From: Diplonema japonicum
Lineage: Eukaryota > Protista > Euglenozoa: Diplonemea
Direction of reading: 5' to 3'
Length of the DNA stretch: 64,000 nt
Assembly: GCA_964019335.1 (NCBI GenBank)
Contig: OZ025649.1
Location: 310,001-374,000 of the forward strand
Under the pieces are notes generated by a model. It had not been told where the DNA came from, did not search any database, and saw only the letters and a list, made by a program, of their open reading frames with translations. Numbering within the stretch: position 1 is the first letter of the stretch; each line of letters opens with the position of its first letter. Made by a program: the position numbers and the translations under genes. Positions 35,669 through 48,800 of this stretch are shown here, in pieces.

Positions 35669-36883
35669 ATGGAACAAGAAGACCCCAGCACCGGGTGTGT
35701 GAAAAAGCATGGCGATAAAAAGTCGGCGAAGAAAAAGCGAGAAGCAAGCGAGAAAGCAGCGATAGACTCTGCGATGCAGCTGTTGGAAGATGCCAAGCAG
35801 AAAGTTGAGGTGGAGAAACAGGAGTACAGCAAGTTCTTAAGCTGGAAGGTGAAAATGCAACGGAAAGAGAGGAGGGTAAAAGAACGGGAGGCGGCAGCGG
35901 AACGGACTGAACTCCACGGAAAACTAGCGGACAAGCTCGCTGAAGAAAAAGCGGTGGCAAGAGAGAAACGTAGGTCCTGGAGTAAACAGCCGGGGCGGCA
36001 AAGAACGGTAAGAGCAGCGCCACCAATGGTGGGGGATAGGCCGACGCTTGGCGCAGTCAAACACCAACAGATGCTGCAAGAGAAGCAAGCAAAGCGGGCG
36101 GCTGCTGCAGATAGTCAGCACCAGCAACCGATTGCCAGCACGGCAGCAGCCCCCGCCCAGGCGCCCCCTGTCACTGGGGCTCTTCTATGTGACAAAACCA
36201 CGTATGAAAACTTCACTAAGATGCTGAAGGACGACATAAACTATCGATCGAACCTCGGCACCGCCACCACGGAGCACTTTGAAGAGATACTGAACAAAAC
36301 CAGACAGCAGCGTGAGACGAGGGTCGCGAAAACCGAATTCATGTTCACCCAAGCGGTGACACGGCGGCAGCGCGCGACAGCAAGAATGGAGCGGGACCCC
36401 CCTGCAGACTGTTTGCTAACGCAAAATATTCTCAAATACCTGCCTCCTGAGTTTGTTGATGAGCTTGAAAACGACATTAGTAAGGAAGCCACCCGCCCTT
36501 CCACGGTTGCTGAGAAATCGCACTTTTTCTTGACTGCAGTCGACGGTGAAGACAGTGCCGCTTTATCGAAGTCCCTCCCAAAGGTGAAGGATAAAAAACC
36601 TGTCAGAAAGTCACTCTTCACCACGAAATGGTCGTGGCTCGCAAAGCTCCCACTCCCACCACGCGCCCCTACTCCGCAGGAACTCAGCCCAGAGATGACG
36701 AGGTTCCGGCAAGGGCTGGAACGGAAGCAGCTGGACGACTACCTCACCGATATGTCTAAGGGCTACCACAAAACAGAGTACAGAACCGAACACCATGGGA
36801 AAGGATACCAGTGGGCACGGCACCACCGGTATGCCCTGCCATCACAGAAAAGCAGCACCTTCACCTTGGCAATGCCAGGTTGA
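35669..36883 (+). CDS. Coiled-coil hypothetical protein
   Basis: Long ORF, K/E/R-rich helices. Confidence 0.7.
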   Translation: MEQEDPSTGCVKKHGDKKSAKKKREASEKAAIDSAMQLLEDAKQKVEVEKQEYSKFLSWKVKMQRKERRVKEREAAAERTELHGKLADKLAEEKAVAREKRRSWSKQPGRQRTVRAAPPMVGDRPTLGAVKHQQMLQEKQAKRAAAADSQHQQPIASTAAAPAQAPPVTGALLCDKTTYENFTKMLKDDINYRSNLGTATTEHFEEILNKTRQQRETRVAKTEFMFTQAVTRRQRATARMERDPPADCLLTQNILKYLPPEFVDELENDISKEATRPSTVAEKSHFFLTAVDGEDSAALSKSLPKVKDKKPVRKSLFTTKWSWLAKLPLPPRAPTPQELSPEMTRFRQGLERKQLDDYLTDMSKGYHKTEYRTEHHGKGYQWARHHRYALPSQKSSTFTLAMPG

Positions 36884-37005
36884 GAAGATCCGATGATTTG
36901 ATGTAAATAAAAACCGCTTTTTTTTCTTCTTCTTTTTCCACAGAGTCTTTTATATTCTTTTCTCCGTTCTTTTTTTCAATCGGCACAGTTGCTCAGGTAG
37001 GGATC

Positions 37006-40000
37006 ATGGCGGAGAAGGACCCTATCAAGCTGCGGCTGATGCAGCTGATTGAAGAGCTGTTCAAAGCGCCAAGTGCATCAGGGAGCGTGGAGGAGACGCG
37101 GAACAAATTCGATGTGGTGTTTAAAACCAAACTGCTTCCGGACCTGAAGCCTGCCCTGAGTACGCTGTATGCTACAGACATTCAGGCATTGATCACGCTG
37201 CTGGGCATCCTTCGAGGGCGCTACGATCTTGCCCTGGAGAGGTTGCAGGAGCTGTTTCTAACCATTTTCCCTCTCCTGCCTGTCGTTCTGACCAGGGCTG
37301 GGAATGACAATTACAGCAAAGCAGTTGAGCTCTTATGCAATGTCGTACAAGACATCAGCCACAAAGGGTCTGCTGTCGGGATTTTGGAGGAACTTGTGGG
37401 GTTTATTGCTGCTCTGCAGGAGATCTGGTGCCACACAGGAAACCAGCAGATATTGTTCCTACCTGCAATCGCGTCACAGCTCCCACACTTAAACCCTCCG
37501 CCTTCCATCGCTGTCGCAGGTGGTAAGGACGTTATCGTCTTAGCTCATTCTGCGTTTAAGTGCTGCGAGCCATTGTTGACACGGCTCCCTTCTAGTGATC
37601 TTCACGCCGCAGTGGCGTCTGCTTGTGTGTATTTCGGAAGAACGGCATTTGTCGAGCCTATAGGAACAACGGTCCTTGAGCTGCTGGGGGTTGTATCAGT
37701 TAAGGTACCCGTTCCCATGTACCACCATGTGGCAGCGACGCCTGTTGTGTGTTCTTTTGCGTTGCAAGTTTGCTGCTCTAGTGCCCTTCAGCATCTAACT
37801 GAAGACTCGCTTCTCTCACGATGTGTCCTCACAGGCACAACACACATACCCACCACGTCCAAAGACACACGACACCAGGAACTTGCCGCAAACATCGTGT
37901 ACAGCTGTCTTGAGCACAACCCGGAATCAGTCCGTGCAACCTGCTCAGCAGATGACATCTCTATTCTGATAACAGGGCTCAGCAACTGGGGCTCTCGGTC
38001 TGAGGCAGTGCGTACTGCTTTGAAAGCATACCTCACCTGTTTGAAGGAAGGGAACGCTTCGTCATGCTCTCGCCTCTGCCTTGGTTTGTGGAACAAGGAC
38101 TTGCCTCTAGACGTACAAGAGGTTCTGATCGAAATGACAGCCGAGTCCCTCAGGACAGCATTCTCCCATCATAACGTTCTGAGCAGCGACTCGCTTTCAG
38201 CTTCGACAAAACGGCGGAGGCTCTCCAGGGTAGAGGAGAGATATAGTGCAAAAACACTTTTTGGGTTGCAATTCGGATCATCACGCGGGCAGGCTTCCCC
38301 GCTCATGTCCGCCATCGTGGAAGGTGCCGGATCGAAGGATCCTGTTGTTGTGGGGAAGGTTCTTAGAGTACTCTTCTATCTGACGGACTTTGTGGCCAAT
38401 CCTGACCACAAAACTAACTCGCCCTCTCCAAGTGGCTTTCACGACTTGTGCAGCGAATTTGTTACCATGTGCAGTGCTAGGGACAACTTGCGAGAGGCAC
38501 AGCACCATCTCCCTGTTTTGAAGTCCATCTCCATGCACGCCGAGACTCCTGATGACATCAAGCAAGGCTCATTGAAGACTCTCGTTAGTCTTGCGAGGGA
38601 AGTTCTCAACCCAACCACCCTGAATAGCAAAAATGAGAGAGAGCTGGAGTCGGCGATGCGGTGCTTGGTGGGGCTGACCTCCGACTACGCAGATGAAAGG
38701 CTAGCGGTGCTTCTGGACGTGATGGCCACTGGGAACGGGGCGGTGGCGAAACCTTGCTGTGAGCTGGTAGCTGAGCTGCTAATGAGCAGAGCATTCACCG
38801 AAATACCCATAGCAGATGCTGCCAAGTCACTGTTCAGAGTGCTTAAGGGCAGCAACAAAGACCTGATCTTCGAATGTTTGCCATTCATGCTGTCGGCCAT
38901 CTACTCCCCGCATCACACACAAGTCGACAGCGACGACCCACGCAGACGCTCACGCTCAGGCTCCTCCCGTAGACGCCGTGCGAAGACATCTGAGCCCACA
39001 GCCACGTTTGAGTACGAGGTGTGGCAGCCCTTCCTCTCCCTTAGCACACCGATTCACACTATGAACACACTCGCCACTATCATTACCCTCGGGTGTGATA
39101 CCCCTGACCTCCAAGAGCTTGTCAAACAGTGCATCATCGGCGGAAGCGAAGGGATAGGACTGCTGGCATCCGAAAACAACGAGGAGAGAAATGCTGCCAG
39201 GAGACTAGTCGCCTCCTTAAGCTCTTCTGAAAAAAGTACCCTTCTGGGATCTGTCCTTGGCACGGAAAAAACAAAGGGAAAACCTCAAGAAACACCATTG
39301 GAGCTTTTAGTTAAACATATTTCACAGCCCATTGCTATAACAACATCTTCTGGAGTGGTGCACACGCTCACCTTGCTGCTTGGGACGATTTCTAGGGCGG
39401 TGGGGCTGGCAGATCCTGCGCTGGGGTTAGTGCTTATTGAGTTAGTATTGCAGCTGAAGCAAGGGAGGCCAGGAAGGGCGCTGACGCTGGCTATATGCAG
39501 ACAAGAGCTGCAGTGCTTGGAGACGAGGCTAGGGATACCCATGGCCGAACTGTTCAAGAGGTTCCCTGAGGTCTACGAACCGCTTCTGGCAGAGCTGCCT
39601 GCTTACAACGCTGACAGGAACTATGGCAACGCACCCCTGCTGTCGGTGGTGTCGGACTACCTTGACCAGGACATTGAAACCTTCGTAGTCGAGAACATCC
39701 CTGTGATGCTTGCGTGGATCATCAGGTCACCGAACAATGGCGACCCTGCCACCAGGGCACACTATGTGTGCGAGTGCATCAGAGAGCTCGATGAGAAGAA
39801 ACTGCAGAGCTACGGGCTGAACTTCAAGTCCAGCCTTGATAAGGCAGTCATGCTGACGGAGCTGCTCCTCGTGTACATCCAGCCCATCATGGTGTCTGTG
39901 CTGCTCGACACTGAAAGCGGCAGCTGGACCGACTACTTCAAAATTGTTAAAAGACAACTCACGTTTATTCACGACACGGGGCGTGGCAACTACGTTCAGG

Positions 40001-43000
40001 CCCTGAACATCAAAGGACAGCACATCGTAAAGGATTTGGTCGAGTCAACAGGCAAGGCGGCGGACTTTGGCAAAGGAGTTGCCCGTGCCAGCCGCGCGCT
40101 GCAGATGCTTAACGTGTCCATCGTGTCAGTGAAAGATGCAATCGACGGGAGGAACAAATGTCCTATTCCTAGTTCGCCGTCGTCACAGAATGAATCCACC
40201 AGGCTAGCTGGCGCTAAGGAACGCATCAAAGCATCGTTTTTCTCCATCCTTGACGGTGTCGGCGAACTGTTCGGCACGGGTTACCTTCCTTCTGGGCAGA
40301 GCAGTGACCCGGCAACCACCCTCCTCGGCCTCAAGACTCTGAAAGGCGTCATCTTGCTGCTTGGCAACAACGTCGAGCAGTTCACTTCAAAGATCACCTC
40401 CACGTTGAACATGTGTCTGCCTACCACGTCGGTAAAGGGTCAGGCAAATGCCATCGGTGCGCTGCTTGGCGAGACGTGGGGTGTGTACATTGAGCAGCTG
40501 CCGAAAGAGGTTGTCGTCGGACACCTAGACTCTTTCGTCATCGCGGCTGTGGGGATGACACGTGTTTCCGAGAGCAATGCCGCAGATCTACTAGTACAGC
40601 TGCACAAGAAGACGAAATACGCCAAGGAGGAGTGGAAAAATGTGAGGCACTTCTTGCCAACGAACAACACGGCACTGCGGCCACCCATCTGCTCAGAGGA
40701 CACAGACTTCATGGACCTGCTAACAGGTGTCGTGCAGGGACTGACGTCTTTGTCTAGAGAGTGCAGGAGGGTGTCACTCTTAGCGCTGATCGACTTGTTG
40801 AAAGGGCACAGGGAAGAGATGCTTGGAGTGTGCGGAAGGGATGAGCCGCCCAAGATTGTTATTAACTTGGTTGACAAGCTGCTGAACATGGCGCGTGACT
40901 GGGACAACGACGCTGTGATCCACAACTATGCCACCAGCTGTCTAGGGCTGATAGGTGCCATTGAGCCAAACAAGATGACAAAGATCATGTCACGCGCTGA
41001 CGGAAAACTCGAGGACCTCGACGACGAAACGTTTGCCGTGCGTCTAATAAACGACTATCTGCTGAAGACTTTGCAGCAGCCGAGTACACAGGCTGGCCGG
41101 GCCTCTGCTCACGACAAGGCTGCATACTGCATCCAGGAGCTGCTCAAAGATCTCCGCGATCGTTCACAGCGCAAGATGCCCCGCCGATCCGACAACGATG
41201 TGTCTTCCCTCACGGAGGTACAAGCCTATCCCTGGTGGAACATGATCAATGCTGAAGGACAGAAGAAGGTTGCTGCGTACCTGGACACGAAGTACGTGAT
41301 TGTCATCACACAACAAAGGAATGCGAAGGCCATAGAGTACTGCAAGGGGATGTCCTTCAGACAGTGGCTGAAGTCATGGATGGTGAAGTTGATTGCGAAG
41401 ACGATGGGTCCCCGTGGGACCATTATGCAAAACGTGCGCAACGTGGTGAAAGACGACTTTGACATGGCTCTGTTCATCCTGCCGTATTTAGTGCTGAATA
41501 CGTGCATGCACGGTGGCCACGATGTGATCGACCAAATAGCCAGGGAGATGTGCACCGTGTTGTCTCATGCCGATGCTAACCCACGTGATGCTTCAGAACA
41601 TGCTCAGGTGGTGTGTTCGTTGCTCGACAAACTAGCGGGGTGGTGCAACACGGTGCAGGGCAGAGTGCAGCTGCGGAAGGTAACCTCGTCGCACGCTAGA
41701 GTGAGCGCAGAAGATGAAGGCAAGGCCAAGAACATCATGGAACTCCTCGACAAGGTGCCCTACGTGTTGGTATGTTGCACGAGCAGAAACCCCAATAAAA
41801 ACAGCTGGCTAGAGCCTGCAGGGTCACGAACCCAGCCCGTGCCCTGAGATACACAGAGCAGCACCTACGTTCCGTTAGATCGACGAGTGAGACAAAACCC
41901 ACCATGACCCAGTTGAGCCAAGCAGGGGTATGTTGCAGCTACACATTGTACAATGCACTTCCAGACACGAAGTTGGTGCGACCCGAATGACTTGCGGCTG
42001 TACCAAGAGGTCTACTCCCGACTGGGTGAACGAGATGGCTTGCTGGGCGTGAGGCATCTAAGACAGCAGAATGCTTTCCAGGAGGAGCTGCAAGAAGAAG
42101 CTGTCGACTTGGAAACCATGGGGGTATGTTGGGATGCTTTGCCGTGAGACACCACAGCGATGGTCCGATGCGATGCAGAGGTACGAACTGTTGATTGAGC
42201 AAAAGCCTGATGAGGTCCTATACCAGGTACGGTGTTGTTTGATCAATAAATAACAAACTATCTCAGGAGCGCATGCTGGAATGCCACCAATCCTTAGGGC
42301 AGTACTCGGTCATCACTGCCTACACAAAAAACCGACCAGAATTGCAGCAGTACACAGCTCAGGCTGCCTGGCGATTGGGCGACTGGGACTTGTTGAACGA
42401 GTCGTTGAAGGACACTGCAGTAGGCGGAAAAGAAGGGACTACCAAAAAAGAAAAGTGCAGCTTCGAAAGGGGCTTGGCACAATCACTATTGGCCCTCAAG
42501 AAAGGTGACAAAAAAGCAGTGAAAGCAATCACTTATCGAGCTAGGGAGGACCTGCATCCTGAACTGGCGGCAGCTTGTTTGGAGTCCTACCACACGGCGT
42601 ACAAGTACTTGGTGCAGTTGCATGTCTTGACTGACATCGAGCGCGCGGCAGATGTGAAGCCCTGCGAAGTGAAGTCGTTTATTAAGCAACTGGACACGCA
42701 CACGAAGCTCACGGAACAGACACCAGAGACACGTGAAATCATACTCACGGTGCGACACGCGCTCTGCAGAATCTATAGTCAAGAAAAGGAAGCAGCTACC
42801 ACTTGGCTGCAACTAGCAAAGCTGTGCAGAACGGCTGGGCTATTCCAGGTAGCGGAAGGGGCACTGCTTCGTGCTGACAGGTTGGCAGACACAAAGGGGA
42901 AGCCTCCAGGTCTGGTGCTGGAGCAGGCCAAATTGATGCATGCTAAGGGCGACGTTCACAGCGCACTGAGACTGGTGATCAACTCCAGCAACCAGCACGA

Positions 43001-44996
43001 GTTGGAGCGTGCCGATACCGCTAAACTGAGGCTGAACGGAGTGAATTGGGCATCCGAGATCAACCATCTTCCCGCCAATGAGGTTCTTTTTGAATACAAG
43101 GAAATCTCTCAGGAGAGCCCATCTGAGGCTGTCTTTCTGTCGCTTGCGAAATTCATGGAAAAGATGCTCATGGGAGCACGGGAGGACCTCACACAGCAGC
43201 AGTCTAAGAAAGACCCGAGCGCAGTGAGACGGCACATCACCAAGCATGAAGAACTGATCACCAGTATAGAACAAAAAGTGCCGTTGATCTTCAAGGCATA
43301 CGGGAACTCGCTGAATCAAGGCACGAAACACTTGTACCACGCGCTGCCGAGACTCATCTCATTATATATTTCTGAGATTTCGTTTGTGGCGCAGCTGTCG
43401 AGCGAAGCAAAGAGTGACGCGTACAAGAAGATCGTTACAATGTGCGACAACACGGCAAAGGTGCTGAGCGATGCAATGGGGAACGTCATGCGCAGCATCA
43501 ACGGGGCAACGCTGTACACATCTCTTAACACGTTAGTGTCGCTGCTGACACACACCAACCCACACGCTGTCAGAATGGTAGCGGAGTATGTGAGGAAGAT
43601 CTTAAGGCTCTTCCCCGAACGCGCTGTCTGGGCCATCATGGTTTTCCTGTTCAGTTCCCGAAATGAAAGAGTCGACGTGCTTGAAAGGGAAGTGCTCCAG
43701 CCAATGATAGGTGATCCGAGCTTCAAAAAGACAATGAACCTCATCAAGCAGGCGAAGGTCGCGACCACTGCCATCAACAAGCTGGCGTCTTACAAAGTGC
43801 CCGGGGGGACAAAGAAGGTCAACTTTCACGACTTTGAGTTTTACAAACCTCTCCAGAAGAGCCTCCCCCTCAGCATTGTGGTACCCATCCAGTCGCAGCT
43901 CAACCTCACTCTTCCCAACCACGTCGTCACTGATGCCGAGGCCGCTTCCTTGTTTTCTTCTAACGAGGGCTTCAAAGGTGTCCATGCAGAGGCTGCCGTC
44001 ATGGCTTCGCTTCAGAACCCTAAGAAAGTCACGATTTTCACAACAACGGGGAAGCAGCGATCCTTCCTGTGTAAAGCGAGGGACGAGCTTCGTAAAGACC
44101 ACAGAGTGATGGAGCTATGCCACATCATGAACCTACTACTGAAGAAGAACCCCGAGACTAGTAGAAGACAGCTGTACACGAGAACTTTCGCAGTTACGAT
44201 GACAGGCGACGCCTCTGGCATGATAGAGTGGGTGGAGAATGTGCGTCCCTTCAGATCGATCCTGGACGATTTATACGCAAGAGCGGGACAGGGACTGAAG
44301 ACAGACGCAATTAGACAGATCCAGAAGCAGAAAGAGTCGAAGAGGCTGACGGCGCTGCAAGCGTTGGGGAAGGTTTTGAAGGATTTCCCGCCCATTCTGC
44401 ACAAATGGCTGGCTGAAGCGTTTACAGACCCTGCAACGTGGTTCAGGGCGAGGAATACGTTCACAAAGTCGGGGAGCGTATGGAGCATGATAGGGCACAT
44501 TGTGGGACTGGGGGATAGGCACGCGGAGAACATTCTGGTGGACACGGCAACAGGAGATATGGTGCATGTTGATTTCGCGGTGTTGTTTGACAAGGGGATG
44601 GCGCTCACAGTGCCGGAGGTGGTGCGGTTCCGGCTGACGCAGAATATTGTGAACGGGTTCGGGATCTGTGGCGTGGAGGGTGTGTTCAGGAGGTGTGCGG
44701 AGCTCACGATGTCCGTCATGCGCAGCAACAAAGACGTGGTCATGAGCATCATGGAGCAGTTTATCTACGATCCATGCATGGAGAAGACAGAAGGCACAGA
44801 GCTCCCCAACATTGGCCGCCGACTGGACGGCTACTACGACGAACCTTCTGAACTCCTCCGCGGTGGAGGCAGGAAGAAGCGCCCCACTGGAGGCGTCCAA
44901 CTCGGCGTTCAGGGCCAAGTCCAAAAACTCATCGCTAACGCTACCTCAGCCGAAAACCTCTCGGTTATCTACGTGTGGTGGATGCCTTGGTACTAG
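37006..44996 (+). CDS. ATR: ATR (PIKK family) kinase; introns 41770-41804, 41928-41964, 42124-42157, 42227-42266
   Basis: HEAT-like N-region, LGLIGAIEP, AAYCIQELL, FAT domain, SLQNPKK, DELRKD.R.ME, GLGDRH.ENIL, HVDF, PEVVRFRLTQN, FATC WWMPWY*. Confidence 0.92.
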
Positions 44997-45193
44997 ACAA
45001 CGACAAAAAAAAGGGGGTTTTCCTCAAAACCCTTGCCTTGGGACCTGCTTTTAGAAATCATCTGTAAGGCTGTTTATTACACTCCCACTACTAAACCATC
45101 CCGCAAAAAAAGAATAAAGGACCAAACAGGGCTTGAGGGGGGGGAGGGGGGTGTTCTTTTTCTTTTTTCTCCCACCCTTTCATTTCTGGTGTG

Positions 45194-45601
45194 ATGTCCG
45201 GGGCACGCTTCGACCATAAAACCATCATACAGACGAACGCATACAAAGAAAGAATCAGAAGAGAGTATCAAGCTGCGAAACGGCACCAACTTGATACGTT
45301 TTATAGCACGCAAGTTCCGAGAAAGGGGACGGAGGGGAGCCAAGAGAGGGCCCCCAGTGAGGCATATGAGAACCCGTACAGAAAGCAAGGAGGTCCTGGG
45401 AGCGCCTGCTCTAGTGGAGGGAGTTCAGGTTTCAGCCAGTACTTGGAGGTATGCAGCAATCACCTGAAAAAAACTCAGACCATGGGAACACGGATCGAGA
45501 AACTAGAGCAAACCATAGCTGAAGAGCGTTCTGGGAGACAACAGGTCCAGTCACAGCTCGACAACATCAGAGTATTGCTGGAGAAGCGCCTTAACGATTA
45601 A
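45194..45601 (+). CDS. Small coiled-coil hypothetical protein
   Basis: Clean ORF with C-terminal heptads. Confidence 0.65.
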   Translation: MSGARFDHKTIIQTNAYKERIRREYQAAKRHQLDTFYSTQVPRKGTEGSQERAPSEAYENPYRKQGGPGSACSSGGSSGFSQYLEVCSNHLKKTQTMGTRIEKLEQTIAEERSGRQQVQSQLDNIRVLLEKRLND

Positions 45602-45836
45602 ATTCTGGGTTTTTGAACGAAAAAAGCCGCTTCTTCCGAAGAGGCCAGTAAAGCCCCAAGTAATAGCGCCGTTCTGTCATTCTGTTCACCTCTTCTTTTT
45701 TTTTCATTTCCCCCGTTTTACCTTTTGCGCTGTGGTTATTATCAATACAGGAGGGTAGAAGGAAGACAGGGAGTGGGAGCGTGCCCCTTCCCCTTCCTCT
45801 GGTCAACAACCCTTTTGGAAAAAGAAGGAGAAAAAT

Positions 45837-48800
45837 ATGTTGAAGAAGGAGACGGATGACGAGAAGCTCAAGGGGCTTAGGCCCAGCACGGCACTGCTCA
45901 CACCAAAAGGAAACACGAAAGAATTCTTGGAATTCCCTGACACAGCCATGTACAGGCCATTGAGTGCAGGGAGAGTGAGGGCGAGCGCATGTAGAACAAT
46001 GAAGAAGCCGAAGCCTCCTGGCATGGGGGAGACAGCGCCTGCGGGGGTTGTCGCTGCAGCTCGTGCAGCGACTGCGTCTGTGAACAGCGGGAGTTTCACG
46101 CGGCGGAAGCCTAAACGTCCCGAGGAAATAGCTCTTGAAGCAGGTCCCGAGACTCTTCGCCTCCAAAAACGGCGTCTCTACGTGCAGGTGAATGCAGCTG
46201 CTCCTGACACTCTTTCCCTTGCAGACACAACTCCACGCGACACCCCTGAGCCCACTCCTCAGCACGCCCGCACCACTCAAAGAAATAAGACTATGGTAAA
46301 CCAGTTTGCTGACATACGTTCTTTAGCATCTCCCCAGAAGAAGATTGGTTCGCCATCATGGCTGGCCTCACTGCAGAACCAGGTAGCCGAGCACATCCAC
46401 GTTGACACTCCAGGCGACCCCTCCTCACCCTTCCACTTCATCGCGTCCATCCCAGATGGCTATGAGGACTTCTCATATGGCGTGCAAGGCAGTGACTCCT
46501 ATCACATCAAGCTGGTCCCCCACAAGGCAATTCCTTCCAGCCTCTATTTCACTGTCTCATCTCGAGGGGTTACGCGGCACGACACCGACGTTACCAGTTT
46601 CACCCCCATCAAGGAATGGACAGAGGAGTACAGGTTGTTCAAGTTGACCTCGTCGATACCATTCTTTTCTCAGTACAGGAAGTGGCATATCTTCAAGCAC
46701 TGGAAGAAGACAGTAAGGCTCGCTGCTATGCACGCTGCGAAGGAGTACCTAAGGGCTAACCATGTGCTGCTTCACCCTGTTCTGCTGAAACCTATCGTCG
46801 ATATCCGCAACCTGTGCCGGGAAGTGTCCAAGCTATGCATGGTGAGGATACTCACAACATCTGTCTCGCTAGCTTCGTTTAGTAAATCTCAAAAGGAGCA
46901 GGCAAAGCAATGCGCAACAGTGTTGAAGGGGAAGTTGCAGGAGATCAATGAAATAACGAAAGAAGCATGCAAAGAAGCGTTGAGAATGTCGTTGCTGGCC
47001 CGTCTAGACTCGGAGGAGACCTCTATGATGCCCAAGTCCACTACAGACGAAATGTCTCAGAGTCGTGCTGTGTGTCGCAGGCTCACAGGGTTCATCAAGC
47101 TCGTCGACACCATCATCAACGATGCCCTCATCGACTTCAGCTACGGTGCCCTCCGCGACTTGAAGGTGCTCCTCAGCAACCCTGACGAGGAACGCGACAC
47201 AGACGTCCTTCTGTCCCTCATGCAAGCCTCCCACATGGTCACTGCCAAGACTATCGAGGTGGGAAAGCGCAAAGTTCTGGAAGAAAACGCCAAGTCTGCA
47301 GTAATAAAGAAATACGTCGCAACCCAGCAGCCTAATCAAGCTCCGCAACCTGTGAAAGGACGACAGAAGCTTTCTGCAATGGAGCGGGCAGCAAGAAAGG
47401 CATGGATGCTGAAACAAGCCAAGGAGGGCGGGGACAATTTAGTGAACAAGCTCTCAGCAGCAGGAGCATCAATCCAAGCACTGCGAATAGCGGGGGGAGG
47501 GACAGCTGCTGAACACGACCTGGAGTACACACCTGTGTTCAGCTGCACAGTTGTTATGGGTGAAAAGCAGGGGCGGAGTGAAAGCGACAGGATTGGTGTG
47601 ATGGCCATGTCCCCAGGCCAGGAGGAGTACCAGGATATGGTGGAAACAGTGTCGGCTGCTGTTCTGAAAATCGTAGCACAGCACGAGCCTCTTTCTACTT
47701 CTGATGACTTTAGCAACTTTATTGCTGCTGCGGCAGATGCACATGACGACTATGACGATACCGCGGCACAGTCCCTCGATGTAGTCCTCAGCACAGATGT
47801 GAACTACGTCTCCCTCAAGAACGACATTCACAATGTGATAGAAACTGGTGTGCGGCAGGTCGAAGGCTTCATGAAAGAGTTCAACGAATGCAGTGATATT
47901 TACACACAGATCAAGTCGCTGAGTCCTGTAAAAATACGCAAAAAAGACCCTCCTCTGCAGTGGTACAGTAGCCTGTTCCACAGCTTCCACGAACAAGAGG
48001 AGATGATTGACCACATGGTGTCGGCACGCGATGTGGGAGTGTACACTGTGTCTACGGAGCCCTTGAGAGATGTGCTGCAGCCCCTACCGCAGGAGGGGCT
48101 GGCTAAAATATCGAAACTGCTTCCTCTTCTCACGAAAGAAAAAAACCAGGTGCTGCTGGAGGAGCTTCAGCAAGGGGTTAAACAGCTGACTGCAGAGGTT
48201 CATTCAATTGATGGCCTTGCAGAGCTTATCAAGAACCATGAGGCGGTCTTCTCCAAGATGGAGTCATATGAGCAGTCGTACAACCTCATATCTGACTACC
48301 TGACCTTTATTGAGAAGGAAGGCATCGAGCAGGCACCGGATGACGTTGCCGGGTGGGTTCATGGCACAGTACCCACGTTCAGAAGGCTGAAGACCAGCTT
48401 GACAGAAGCTGAGGAAAGACGTGAGGAGTTCACCGCCAAGTTCTCTGAGGTAATCGACCAAGATCTCTCAGAGCTGGGGACCAGGCTGAATGAGCTGCAA
48501 CAGAAGGCGAACGTCGCTATTATCTACGATGAGGATGCTGATCCAGCTGAAGTAATAGCGGTGATGGAGGACCTCGCGGAGCAGGCACAGGAGATCCAAA
48601 AGGCTGAGAGGCGGTTGTGCAACCATCAAGATTTCTTCGGGTTGGACGTGACAAGGCTGACAAAGGTCGTCACCGTTGGCAAAGACATCGCAGACAAGCT
48701 TCGTCTGTGGCGTGCCGTGAGTGAATGGATGGAGGTCACACAGGCGTGGGCCACTACACCTTACTGTTCTGCCTCTCAACAAGAGATGACCAACGAAATC

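Noticed and set aside
41770-42273. ATR, dynein and PSMB5 as frameshifted pseudogenes, stop-codon reassignment or programmed frameshifting
   Set aside because: Every break is resolved by a canonical GT-AG mini-intron; TAA, TAG and TGA all serve as true terminators.
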